Positions 1-10,836 of a DNA stretch of 20,000 nucleotides are shown here, piece by piece; position 1 is the stretch's first letter; every line of letters starts with the position of its first letter. The stretch covers positions 2,033,956 to 2,053,955 of the forward strand of contig ML992503.1 in NCBI GenBank assembly GCA_010093995.1, given 5' to 3'. Both the position numbers and the translations under genes were made by a program. Source of the stretch: Elsinoe ampelina. Lineage: Eukaryota. Under the pieces are notes generated by a model. That model worked only from the letters and a program-made list of their open reading frames with translations. It did no database searches and was not told where the DNA came from.

Positions 1-651
1 GCACCCAGCCTTGAATACTTACCGAGGTGAAGGAAAAGAAGATCGTGCCGGAGCTTGTAGATCATCGCTGAGGATACGTTCCAGCACACGATGCCACGTG
101 CAGCTTTTACCTCCGTAGTAAGAAGGTTGTCCGCAAGTTTCATCGTGCTCTCTGTGGACTATAGACCTCCCGGTGACGATCAATGTATGCCGGGCATCGA
201 TGGTCTCTCACGTTTGAGTAGTATCCGTGGAAGTTCCTCCCGAGGGTGGATGGAAAAGCTTCGCGGCCAAATCGGTGCAGCCTTGAGCTTTCCGCTTCTC
301 GATCATCAACGTCGACACGCCACGGCGCTTTGTATATCTCGTCGCAAGCACTCGAGCTGCAGGCAGTGATGAGGTTGCAGGCCCATGGCTATGTGGAGTC
401 ACTTGACGAAATGATCAGGCATTCGCCCGCAAATGACCGTTGCCGCCTGAACGAAGCGTCCAAGCTCGCGCCACAGCGGATGGAGCTCAAGGCGGCAAGA
501 CATGTCTGAGCTCCTTGATTAACAACTATAAATGCGAGGAGTTAGACTTCCACATCGTTATAGCTCTCACAGTGCTGGTCATATTCCAAGATTACACCGT
601 CTGCGCGCGTACTCACTCACTGGGCAGCCCAAGCCCTCATCTATCGCCGCC

Positions 652-2716
652 ATGTCTGCGCAACAAAGCGTCCAGCGACCTGGGATGGGACTGGACATCG
701 ATCACTACCAGAAGCATCCTCGCGATCTGGAAGAGGGTGGGCCTCATGCGGTTTTCAACCACGGATGGTCGAACCCTTGTGTGCTACTGCGGGAGAAACG
801 ATTGGTCGAAGCCATTGATCAATTGAGTGCAAGTGGAGAGAATGTAGTGCAGTTTGGCGCCCAGACTGACATCCCTAGGATAAGCCAGACTGGAGACGCA
901 AGGTGTTCGATGAGGAGATCACATCGAAATGGAGGCGTGAGGTGGTGAGCAACGCTGAGCCGGGATTCTCGGACGCCATGTTCGACTTTGTGAGTGATAG
1001 ACGACAGACTCCTTGCACTGTTTCTGGTCTGACTATTGATAGTGTCTCGCCGAGCTCCAGGACAAGGCAAAGCAGAATGAAGACACAGGTATCGCCACCA
1101 CGTACGAGACCGGGCCAGTCGTCGCAAAATCAGACTCCATTGTGCCAGAGGACGACCGTAAGCTACTGGTGGATGCGGTTGCCAGATTACTCGAGGATGT
1201 GCCAGACCGGCACAAAGACTGGCACCCCGGCTACAATGACCAAGTGCTGGATTTGGTACACCCGTCTCTCTTCCCATTGGTGTATGGGAGAACCAGAGTG
1301 CTCACGAACGAGACCATCGGAGTAGAGGATGCTCTCCAACACATCGGACACGGAGTGGTGGCCAGTCTTCCGCCCAATGACTCGACCGACAGCGACGAAG
1401 TCTTCTACAATCGCCGATTCGGCAGTCTATGGTCTTATCAGTTTCAATGGCTGCCCTCGGAAGTGTCTTTTACAGATAATGGGGTCAAGCTTGACAGCTA
1501 CATCAACAATTTGCATCCTCAGCATCACCGAGCATTGTATCCGATCATTGAGAAGATGCTGGGATTCGCAATTCCACTTTGGGATGCGGTCTTTGCTCGG
1601 GTGAAGCAGGACGAAACGGTGCTGCGATTTGAAGATCGAAAAGCAGAATATGAGTATTTCGAAGGTACTGGTTTCGACGAATGGAGTGCTCGGAGACGTG
1701 CTGAGCGTAGAGCAAGGGCTACTGATACTGCAGACAATGTCAATGAAGAAGACGACCCGGAAGCAGGAATATCGACAGACAGTCCGGTCGAGCTTGACTC
1801 GGAGGAGGAACAGGATGAAGAAGACGAATTCAATGATTTTGTGTTCGACTCTGATCACGAAACAGAATGGCCACGTCGCAGGAGAAGGCTCATACCACCC
1901 GAGCCAATGCCATACGACCTGTTCAAAGCCCGCCTGCCAGAACGTCACCATCCACTGCTCAAAGAAGCATACGGACAGGAAGGACTTCAAGTCATCGTCA
2001 AGCTCGCCAACATACATCTCACGCCGGAGAAACCCAACTACACCGGCGGATCATGGCACATCGAAGGCATGCTCAACGAAATGATCTGCGCAACAGCGCT
2101 CTACTATTACGACTGCAAAAACGTCACAGACAGCTACCTCGCCTTCCGGCAAACCGTCGACTGCGAAGAAATGGAAATGAACGCCCACGGACAAGTGAGC
2201 CCAACCCCCACCATTGGCCCCCACCCCCTTACCACCACTAACCTCCCGCCGCAGGACGACTACTCCGGCCTCGAAACCCTCTTCGGCATCGAGCAAAACG
2301 GCCGCGGCGTGCAAGACGTCGGCCGCACCCTGACGCGCCAAGGCCGCCTCCTCGCCTTCCCCAACATGGTGCAGCACCAGGTATGCCCCTTCTCGCTCGC
2401 GGACAAGACCCGTCCAGGCCACAGGAAGATCCTGGCCTTCTTCCTCGTCAATCCGAAAGCGCGCGTGCTGTCGACGGCCAATGTGCCGCCGCAGAGGAAG
2501 GACTGGTGGGAGGAAGAGCTGCGCAAGACGGGCGGTTTGGATCGTGTGCCGGAGGAGTTGCGGAGGCGTATCGTGGAGGAGGTGGATGATTTTCCGTATG
2601 GGGTGGAGGAGGCAAAGAGGATTAGGGAGAGGTTGATGGAGGAGAGGAAGTCGTATAATGTTTACGCGGATGAGCAGGTTATTTGTGAGAGGGAGTTTTT
2701 CTTTTGTGAGCACTGA
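652..2716 (+). CDS. DUF4246 family protein, ~633 aa; exons 652-828, 879-989, 1043-2194, 2255-2716
   Basis: Spliced translation MSAQQSVQRPG...AIDQLS|DKPDWRRKVFDEEITSKWRRE...MFDF|CLAELQDKAK...DWHPGYNDQVLDLVHPSLFPLVYGRT...FQWLPSEV...SYINNLHP...LQVIVKLANIHLTPEKPNYTGGSWHIEG...GRLLAFPNMVQHQVCPFSLADKTRPGHRKILAFFLVNP...FFFCEH matches recalled DUF4246 motifs. Introns: 829-878 (GC..AG), 990-1042 (GTGAGT..CTGAC..TAG), 2195-2254 (GTGAGC..CTAAC..CAG, in frame). Confidence 0.9.
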
Positions 2717-2855
2717 GGAGGAGGGGAGTGGAGGGGCGTGCTTGTATCATAGGGGTACATAAACTAGAGTATGTCTTTGAAGATGAGCGTATATGGCAGA
2801 CATGGACGCTGGCTACTCCAAGGTGGTGAACATTGTATGGGGTGGACTGCGCGGC

Positions 2856-3989
2856 TCATTTGGTCGGCTCTTTGACGGCTTCAAGATACCTTGTAATGTA
2901 CTCGATTTCTCCGGTGATAGGATTCATGACCGTAGCGTAGTGAGTCGTCTCATTCGTGGTAGGCCAGTCATTGACCCAGGTGACCAGCTGGCGACTTGTT
3001 GCGTATGGTTGGATATCAGTGCGCCCAGCTTTCTGATGCGTGGCGGCAACCTTGTTCCACTTGCCTTCTATGCACTGGAGTCTGTCTTGTGAGTCCTCAA
3101 TTAGATCTTGCATTCCGAGCAAGGGAAGCTTGGAGAGGTCTATGTCTTGGTTGCCTTTTGTGGTGACGTCGTGGTTGGTGATTGTCACGAATGAGGTGGA
3201 CGAGTTGACTGTAGCCGTGAGGTGATCCTTTTCAAATACGACTGCTCGTTGGCCGTCGCTAAAGGTCAAGTAAGCTGCTGTTGAAGGGGTAGATGGGAGT
3301 GTACTCTCGAGGTCGTCAAGTGTCGGAATCTTGCCGGAAGGCAGAAGGAAAGACCGCAAGGATGAAGCGATTGAAGGTCGGAGTCCTAAGAGTACTGCAA
3401 GACGGTGAAGGTTGAAACGGATGTTGGATGGTAGGGAGTGGCTGTCGTTGTGGTAAGGTCTAAAGTTGAGAGACATGCTCAGACCTTTCCTCAATCCAGT
3501 CAAAGTGCCTACAAACCCAGCATAGGTGATCGAGCGAGCAATGACTGCGCCGTGTGGCTTATTGACGAATTCGAGCTGCACAACCACCTTCCGCAGGGGA
3601 TCCATCTCCCAGTCGAGTGTGCGGAAGTGCAGCATTTGCGTGTCTGGGCTCTTGCTGTCCATGCGAACTCGAGCGGCACCGCTAGTGCAACCCATCAGAA
3701 GGTCTAGCAACGTGTTGAAGCATACCAAAAGGTACATGTCTACACCACTGGCTTTGCTAATACCCCGAATCTCTTCGGTCTGCTCTTTGTCATGCAATCT
3801 ACGCAGTAGCAAGCGGGCCAGTCGGGTAGTGAGACCGAGTGGAAGACCCATCTGTCTGACAATTTCTTCGAAGAGTGGTGTCAAGTGACATATTTCGTGG
3901 CGAAAGTCCTCGATTACCTCGTTGTATCGCTCGAATGGCGGTCGAGACAGATCAATTGTGTAGACCGGTACGGTGGAAGATGGAGCCAT
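2856..3989 (-). CDS. Acid ceramidase / N-acylethanolamine acid amidase (NAAA)-like Ntn-hydrolase, 377 aa, intronless
   Basis: N-terminal 'PVYTIDLSRPPFERY..' and 'EEIRGIS' segments, catalytic-Cys motif 'LLMGCTSG', 'LHFRTLDW' and 'ITYAGFVGTLTGLRKGLSMSLNFR', all typical of fungal NAAA/acid ceramidase-like proteins. No obvious signal peptide. Confidence 0.88.
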   Translation of the reverse strand: MAPSSTVPVYTIDLSRPPFERYNEVIEDFRHEICHLTPLFEEIVRQMGLPLGLTTRLARLLLRRLHDKEQTEEIRGISKASGVDMYLLVCFNTLLDLLMGCTSGAARVRMDSKSPDTQMLHFRTLDWEMDPLRKVVVQLEFVNKPHGAVIARSITYAGFVGTLTGLRKGLSMSLNFRPYHNDSHSLPSNIRFNLHRLAVLLGLRPSIASSLRSFLLPSGKIPTLDDLESTLPSTPSTAAYLTFSDGQRAVVFEKDHLTATVNSSTSFVTITNHDVTTKGNQDIDLSKLPLLGMQDLIEDSQDRLQCIEGKWNKVAATHQKAGRTDIQPYATSRQLVTWVNDWPTTNETTHYATVMNPITGEIEYITRYLEAVKEPTK

Positions 3990-4517
3990 GGTCGATCCGG
4001 CAAAGGATCCGGTATGTCACGAAGACCTCAGCACGTCCACTGTTAGGGCGCTATGCTCGCATGATCACTCCGAAGAGCCGACCATGACAACAATGAGCTT
4101 CAGGTGCAGCTTGAGCAGAGAGCGTCGTCAATTTTCCGTCAAGCTTTTCCAGAACGTGGAATTGACTCAGTTGGGCTCGCGTGGTCGTACCTGGGTATCT
4201 AGCGTGTGGTCCTCGCCACCTCCCTATGCCGTGCGCAAGGAGATCTCCGGGCTGGTGGCGGAGGAGAAATTAATGCCAAGGAACGGAAGAGCCAGTTTAG
4301 TCTTCCGACATCGGCCGCGAAAGTCGTTGGTGAGTGAATTTACTCACATTTTGCACGTCGAGAGCGCGTTCAGGCCGCCATCAGGCCAAGCGACGACCCA
4401 TCCAGACCCGTAACAGGCAGGAGTAGTGTCTCAAACTGGCTCCATGTAGCGCGACTTTCCTCTTTGCCAAGCGTGCCAACATGCTGCTCCGGGTCCCTGA
4501 TTGATTAGATTAGACTG

Positions 4518-4526
4518 ATCTGATAA
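4518..4526 (+). promoter_or_regulatory. SreA/SRE iron-responsive GATA repressor site (ATCTGATAA)
   Basis: Exact match to the ATCWGATAA consensus of Aspergillus SreA-type factors, ~500 bp upstream of a siderophore transporter ATG. Confidence 0.75.
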
Positions 4527-4921
4527 ATTTGCACCTCAAGTGGAGATTAAGCTTTTGATGCTAGCAATCTAGGGGTCCTGTCGCATTGGAAATGATCAAA
4601 CAATACCGGAATCATCTCTCGCATTTACTTTGCATGACAATATCGCCGGGGGACATACAAATTGGGATTCCTGCTACAGGATCGATGGCGAAGTCTTAAG
4701 AGTGAGGCATTGCCATCCAGTACGATGGAAGGCCGACAGAAGTTCGCGGGTGGCCATTTGGATCGTCCACACCGCTCGGCTCGGTCTATCACTGACGATC
4801 TGTATGATCCTGTGGTCTTGGTAACGGGCAGCCACATGCTTGACCAGAAAACTCGGTCCAGTACCATTGAAATGTCAGAACCCAACTCGAAGTATGCGCC
4901 ATTTCGTTGGGCCTTGTCGTG

Positions 4922-4927
4922 TATAAA
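4922..4927 (+). promoter_or_regulatory. Putative TATA box of the siderophore transporter
   Basis: TATAAA 100 bp upstream of ATG 5022, followed by a pyrimidine-rich leader. Confidence 0.5.
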
Positions 4928-5021
4928 GAGATCTTTGGGTCCTCATCTGATCTTCAATCAAACATTCATCACTACTTCCGTACCTCTGCTACGTACGTCT
5001 TGCGAGTGAAAAGTCATTGTC

Positions 5022-6854
5022 ATGTGGGACCTCAAAGCTAGACTCTGGGATAGCGGTGCCTATGAGGATGACGACTCACACACAACTGAGCAGGTCTCTA
5101 CTCCTGTTGGTAACGAAAAGACATCTGCAGCAGCAGGGTCGAGAGATTTGAGCGACAGCGAAAGCTTCGACAGCGAGCTCCAGGATGGTGTCAAGGAGAT
5201 CGAGGCCTTGACTTCGGCATGGGATAAGAAGTCCTTGATGATTGCTTTCCTCTTGTAAGTCTCCGGAGGTCCCAACATGGCAAGGATACTAACTTGCGCC
5301 AGTGTCTACATCATCTACGTTGTCGACTCGCTTCAACAACAGATGGCTACAGTCTTCACTCCATACGTCACAAGCTCCTTTTCCTTGCACTCCCTCACAG
5401 CGACCACGGGCATCCTCTCGAACTTGATCGGAGGTCTAGCTCGACTTCCTCTCGCCAAAATCCTGGATGTCTGGGGCCGGCGAGAGGGCTTCGCAACTAT
5501 GGTTTTCTGCCTCACCATTGGACTGATCATGATGGCTGCCACGAACAGCGTCGAGATGTACTGCGCAGCTCAGATCTTCTATTGGGTCGGCTACACTGGC
5601 ATCACCTATTGCCTGGCTGTCTTTGTCAGCGATGTCACTTCTCTGAAGAATCGTGGACTGGTGTTTGGTATCACTTCCACACCATACATCTTCACTACTT
5701 GGGCGGGTGGTCCTGCAGCCAACAATTTCGTCACCGGTCCCGGATGGCGATGGGGCTTCGGCACTTTTGCCATTGTTACTCCCATCATGTGTCTGCCAAT
5801 CTTCTGGGTCTTCTGGCTGAACAAGAAGAAGGCAAAGAGCATGGGTATCCTCAAGGAGAGACCAAAGTCCGGCCGCACAACTTTGCAGTCCATCAAGCAT
5901 TACTTCATCGAGCTTGATATCCTCGGTCTGGTCCTGATTTGTAGTGGACTCGCTCTGTTCTTGCTGCCATTCAGCTTGTACACCTACCAGACTCAGCAGT
6001 GGCGTTCGCCCATGATCATCTGTATGTTGGTCTTTGGTATCATCCTGCTAGTTGTCTTCGGACTTTACGAAAAGTTCCTTGCGCCCAAGAGCTTCCTTCC
6101 AATCGACCTTCTCTTCGATCGCACCGTCTTCGGCTCTTGCGTCTACGGTGCCCTGGCTTTCGTCAGCTTCTACATCTGGAATAGCTACTTCTACTCCTTC
6201 TTGATCGTCGTCAATGGAGAGTCCATCACAAACGCCAGCTACATCAGGAACATCTACAGTATCGGATCTTGCTTCTGGGCCGTGATCGTTGGTCTATTGA
6301 TCAAAGTGACTGGCCGATTCAAGGCGCTCGCCCTCTTCGTGGGCGTTCCGCTCAGCGTGCTGGGTGTCGCTCTCATGGTCGCATTCCGTCGTCCAGACGT
6401 GAATATCGGCTACATCGTAATGTGCCAGATCTTCATAGCGTTCGGCGGTGGAACTACTGTCATCTGTCAACAAATTGCGATCATGGCGGCCACGACGCAT
6501 CAGAACATCGCCGTAGCTTTGGCAATCCAGTATGCTTTCGCCAGTGTCGGTGGCGCTATCGGCTCTAGCATCTCTGCCGCAGTGTGGACCGGCGTCTTTC
6601 CCCAGCGACTACAGACCTACCTGCCTCCGGAAAGCCAGGGTAATTTTACTCAGATCTACGGTGACATGACTGTCCAGTCGTCGTATGCTATCGGCAGTCC
6701 AACCAGAGACGCCATCAGCAGAGCGTATGGCGATGCCCAGCACTACATGCTCATAGCTGCCTCCTGCTTTTTGGCTTTTGGCTGGTTCTTTGTGCTGATC
6801 TGGAAGGACATTGGCGTCAAGAGGAACAAGCAAGTCAAAGGACTGGTCGTCTAG
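5022..6854 (+). CDS. mirB: MFS siderophore-iron transporter (SIT/ARN family, MirB-like), ~594 aa; exons 5022-5254, 5303-6854
   Basis: 'QDGVKEIEALTSAWDKKSL', 'PYVTSSFSLHSL', 'LPLAKILDVWGRREG', 'SDVTSLKNRG', 'WRWGFG', 'IYGDMTVQSSYAIGSPTRDAISRAYGDAQ' and the C-terminal 'KQVKGLV'; many transmembrane segments. Intron 5255-5302 (GTAAGT..CTAAC..CAG) joins the two ORFs in frame. Confidence 0.92.
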
Positions 6855-7559
6855 CCCCCGGATGTTTTCGTCGTTCCGACTCATCGTGAACAGTAGCAAT
6901 ATGCATATCAATGTACGGATTACTCAGCGGAGAATAGGAGCGAACCAGAACAAATGCCTTCTGAGCCCCAACAGCTTCGGCGTTCCCGGGGCCGTGCCCG
7001 CCCTCCTCGAAGTTTGCCCTGCCCCCGAATCTCCACCACATCCTCAACAGCTTCTTTTCAAAAGACCGCCTTCAAGGCGGAGACATCGCTGTTGCTGAAG
7101 GGCCGACTGCCCGACAGCAGACTCAAGTCTTCCCATTGGCATGCGCTCTTCTTGCTCTTCTGCAGCATGGGCTTCTCAGCAGTGTCGATTAGACTTGTAT
7201 CGTTACGGACAACTCCGCAAATCACAAGCCCTAATCCAGGTTTGCCCTCAATACATTATGAATGAAACTCTGGAACTTTCATGCCCAGATTCTCCAATCC
7301 CTTCATCTTAACGTCATTATTCTCAAAGCACATGTCTCAGATCCCTGGTCCCCGTTGTTTACGCTTCAGGACGTTGCCAAGTCTATCCTCGACGTTGAGA
7401 TATCCATTGGTCTCGCCCTGAGCGTCGTCACGGTTCGTGTTTTACAGCTGCGTCCTTTTCTTCAAGTTCGCCTCAATTTTTGACTTGGTAGTCAGGCCTC
7501 CATGTACGCCATTGCCGGACGCTGGCTGGCGACGCAGCGACACATCTCTGGTAGAGGCC

Positions 7560-9801
7560 ATGCTGCAGCTATGGACGACATGTCTCGCCCTGGTGTCAGT
7601 GGTTGGCTGCTCCATTCGTGAGTCGGCGGGTGATTCAATACTTGACAATAGGGGTTGTTGACTGACTATCACTAGTGCCTGACATGATGGGAAATCTATC
7701 AAGAACGTATAGTCCGCCTCCGCTCGGTACGGGCATGCGACGATTCCCCAAAACAGGTTCAGGAAATGATTACGCGAGCTCATGCCAGTCCCTGCAGCAC
7801 TCATACACACTAGCGAGCAGTTCTTGGAACAAGGCTCATGCCTGGGTGACTAAACAAACGGATTACTTCGGTGGACAATCATGGTCTGTCGTCACGGATT
7901 ACCTCGGGGCAACCACACTGTGTGACGGCCATCCTCGTGTGCCAAAGTGGCCTGCAACACCTATCAGGACTCGCACCACTACGTTCAATGCTGGCCAGGG
8001 GCCTACATCTACCTCGATTGAACGACAGACGTATGGCTGGGACTTTCCAGATCCCGTACCAACATGTAGCATCAAGCCGAAAGACTGCGATCCTCTTTGG
8101 GCGGCGTATAGCACTTCTCTCTCATCGTACCTGGTGATGAATGCCACCAGGACTGTCAAGCCAGGCTCCGAGATCACCCCTCCGCCATTGACTCCTCCAT
8201 GTATGAATCGGACCGAGGCATCCTCTTGGTACGAGCTCACCAAATCAATGTACGGATGTGGTGACTGCACCATTTTCGGACACGATGTTCGATTGCTCTT
8301 CTTTCCAGTGCCGACCACTGTATCACGGGATATGTGCGCCAGTACGCCGATAGCACAGATGACGTACTTCTCCATCAACGACGATGCTCTAGATGTCTAC
8401 GCAGGCAAATCGTACGGTCAAAGACCAGCACCCCCCGGAGCCGTGCTTGCTACTGTTGATCATCACACCCTAACCTCTGGCACAGCCTACATCTCGATTG
8501 GAAAAGTCTATGCCCAAGACAGGTGTTCGAGAGATGTCGGCACGACTGTGAAGGATGTCATCATTGCAATGCACTCGGAGTCCATCCTCAGCCTGCGCTA
8601 TGCCCAAGGCCATTTCCAGTACTTTGGGAGCTCATCAACCCAAACTGGTTATCCAATGTCATATGCCGACTTCAACCACCCCATTCCCTGGTCGGCATGG
8701 AACGGTATGGCTTGGTGTCGGTATCCGAACTGGGGTGGCCGATGTGATGTGATCTACGAAGAGCAATATCGCCCACAGCTCGCGATCCCAGGCGCGATCC
8801 GTCAACTGAACTCTCGATGGTCCACTTGCCAGAATTGGTACGGTGGGCTGTATGACCCTCCGGTGACACTGCAGACCGAGCAGACATTTGCCGTTCCCAC
8901 CTTCTCGGCGAGCGTCACTTCGGCCCACGTCTTGGCTACGACAACAGCGGAACCTGCTTCGACGGTGCAAAGTCAGCCTGCCTCCACTGGACATGCCGAG
9001 ATATCAGAGTCGCCTGTTGTGGAACGACCAAGTGGTACCAGGCTGGTCGGTCCAGGAGCGACGAGTTCGCCCGTCGTGGCAGGGCCAAGTGGGACGCAAT
9101 TAGTCGTCCCAGGAGCGACAGAGTCACCGGTAGTCCAGCAACCCGGTGGGCAAGCTCCTGGTATAGTCACTGACCAAGCGGGCCTCGATATGCCTGGACC
9201 GGTCTTGACCTACCCCACTGTCACGGTGAACGGCAGGGTTTACTCAGTCACTCCCATCGACGACGGAGTCGTACTGGGAACCCACACGCTCATCGCTGGA
9301 AGTCCCGCCATTGATCTAGGCGGGGGTATCACCGCAACCTTCGGACCTCAAGGATTAGTCGTTGGCGGAAGTGGGACGACTCCTGTCCCCAACGGAGCGC
9401 TGGTCACTGTCGGCAGCCAAACCTACTCAGTAGCGTTTGCGACTCACTCAGACGTGGCGAACATCGGGACTATACCCATCAGTCTCAATGGCCCAGCCAT
9501 CACCTTATCGAACGGCATGATCGCCAGTCTCGGACCCTCTGGACTTTACCTGGGTGGACAGACTACCTTCTCAGCTGTACTGTCGGCTGCTCACACACGG
9601 GATTCGACGGACGAATCTGGCGTCGTTTCTGGCTCTGGGACGAGCGTCAAGTCTCTGATCACGGGTACACCTCATTCCAACGCAGCAGGCGGGTCGCCGG
9701 ACGCGCAGGCGACGAGTACGAGTGGCGCTGCGGAAAGGAAAGGCGATGGTATAACCCTGCTGCTGGCTCTGCTGGTGGTCTTGATTGGACTGGTCACTTG
9801 A
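7560..9801 (+). CDS. Secreted, probably GPI-anchored cell-surface protein with Cys-rich N-terminal domain and S/T/G/P-rich repeats, ~727 aa; exons 7560-7617, 7676-9801
   Basis: Signal peptide MLQLWTTCLALVSVVGCSI in exon 1; intron 7618-7675 (GTGAGT..CTGAC..TAG) restores the frame of the 7675-9801 ORF. Cys-rich domain (CTIFGHDVRLLFFP...YRPQLAIP..RWSTC..GLYDPP), an S/T-rich stalk, 'GPAITL..SLGPSGL' type repeats and a hydrophobic C-terminus ITLLLALLVVLIGLVT preceded by small residues. Confidence 0.82.
9007..9150 (+). repeat. Coding tandem repeat, 57-bp (19 aa) unit, ~2.5 copies
   Basis: ESPVVERPSGTRLVGPGAT / SSPVVAGPSGTQLVVPGAT / ESPVVQQPGG starting at 9007, 9064 and 9121. Confidence 0.85.
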
Positions 9802-10778
9802 AAGTAGCGACTGGGTTTCGATCGGATTAGACGAGAAGACAGCCCATCTCTTTCTTCGCCACAAGTTATGGGAGAACAGATTGAACGAGCAAGGGAGGAT
9901 GGCGAGTCCAACAAGCGCAGACCAACATGTTCGGCCGGCACAGTGGTCAGGCCACATGTACAGGCCACAAGAGTTAAACGCACATCGCGTATCAGCACAG
10001 ATGCTGATCCAGCTTGGACTGGAATGTAATATATACGATCTACGAATCACAACTGTACATTAACCACCTCTTTGCCCCCAAGTTTGCTTTGTCTGGGTCG
10101 TGAAATTGTGATCTGGGGTGATTGAGCGAGGGCCGGCGAGAGGGGATTTTCATTGTTGATGAAGAGGGTCGCGCCGCCGATGGACCCATAGGATGTTGTA
10201 TTTTGTTTGGTGTTTCTATTCTCGACGAGCTCAGCGTATAGCCCGCCATCACCGGAGTAATTGATCTCCTGTCAGAAATGAAATGAGTGGCAAGAACTCG
10301 CGGGTTCAGAATCACGCACCTCGAACATGTTCAGGCGAGATGACCTAAGTCAAGACTCTGTGCTAGACCGAGCAGCCCAAACGATGCCAATGCGCTGATT
10401 GACCACATGTTGCGGGAACGAAATCACAAGTGGCTGAGCTGGTACGGGAAATGCTTAAAAAAGACCCACCTCAAGACCTGTCGCTGGCGATCACGATCAC
10501 TATCAGCCGCTCGCCAGCCCATGAGTTGTATAAGAATCTGCTATACCATAGAAGCATCATGACGCCGTCCAGCCAAGCCATGAGAAGCAGAATGTCATGG
10601 AAGGAAGGGCATGGTATAGCAAATTGAGACGGCAAGATCTTTGCCCTCTGCAGGTATTGCGATGTCCATGGTGATGAAAAGAGGGGTATGGCCTCGAAAT
10701 ATGGAGGATGGAAGCGGGAGAGTGTCATGATGTCGTTGAGCAGTCGACAAAGATGCAGGTCGAATAGGACGATCTCAT

Positions 10779-10836
10779 CTCCGCTCACCCCACCGGAGAT
10801 GCCCCCATGGTCGAGGAAGCGGGGTGCCGTGCGGGG
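10779..10836. promoter_or_regulatory. Cluster of five CreA/Cre1 consensus sites (SYGGRG) upstream of the GH5 gene
   Basis: CTCCGC 10779 (rev), CCCCAC 10788 (rev), CCGGAG 10793, GCGGGG 10819 and GCGGGG 10831, about 450 bp upstream of ATG 11278. Confidence 0.45.

Noticed and set aside
1427..2713. Long antisense ORFs over DUF4246 (196 aa, 220 aa); similar shadows over the GH5, SIT and MFS genes
   Set aside because: They overlap well-supported genes, show no recognisable motifs and are expected from codon bias.
4585..4665. CCAAT boxes (reverse strand) as HapX/CBC bipartite sites
   Set aside because: Neither has the RWT element at the 12-bp spacing of CSAAT-N12-RWT.
3973..5009. Short ORFs in the amidase-transporter intergenic region, and similar ones at 9785-11238, 14654-14905 and 17188-17478
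   Set aside because: They have no recognisable domains, several have non-ATG starts, and they lie in promoter regions.
7066..7080. Perfect inverted repeat CCGCCTT-C-AAGGCGG
   Set aside because: A 7-bp arm is expected by chance in 20 kb and has no supporting context.
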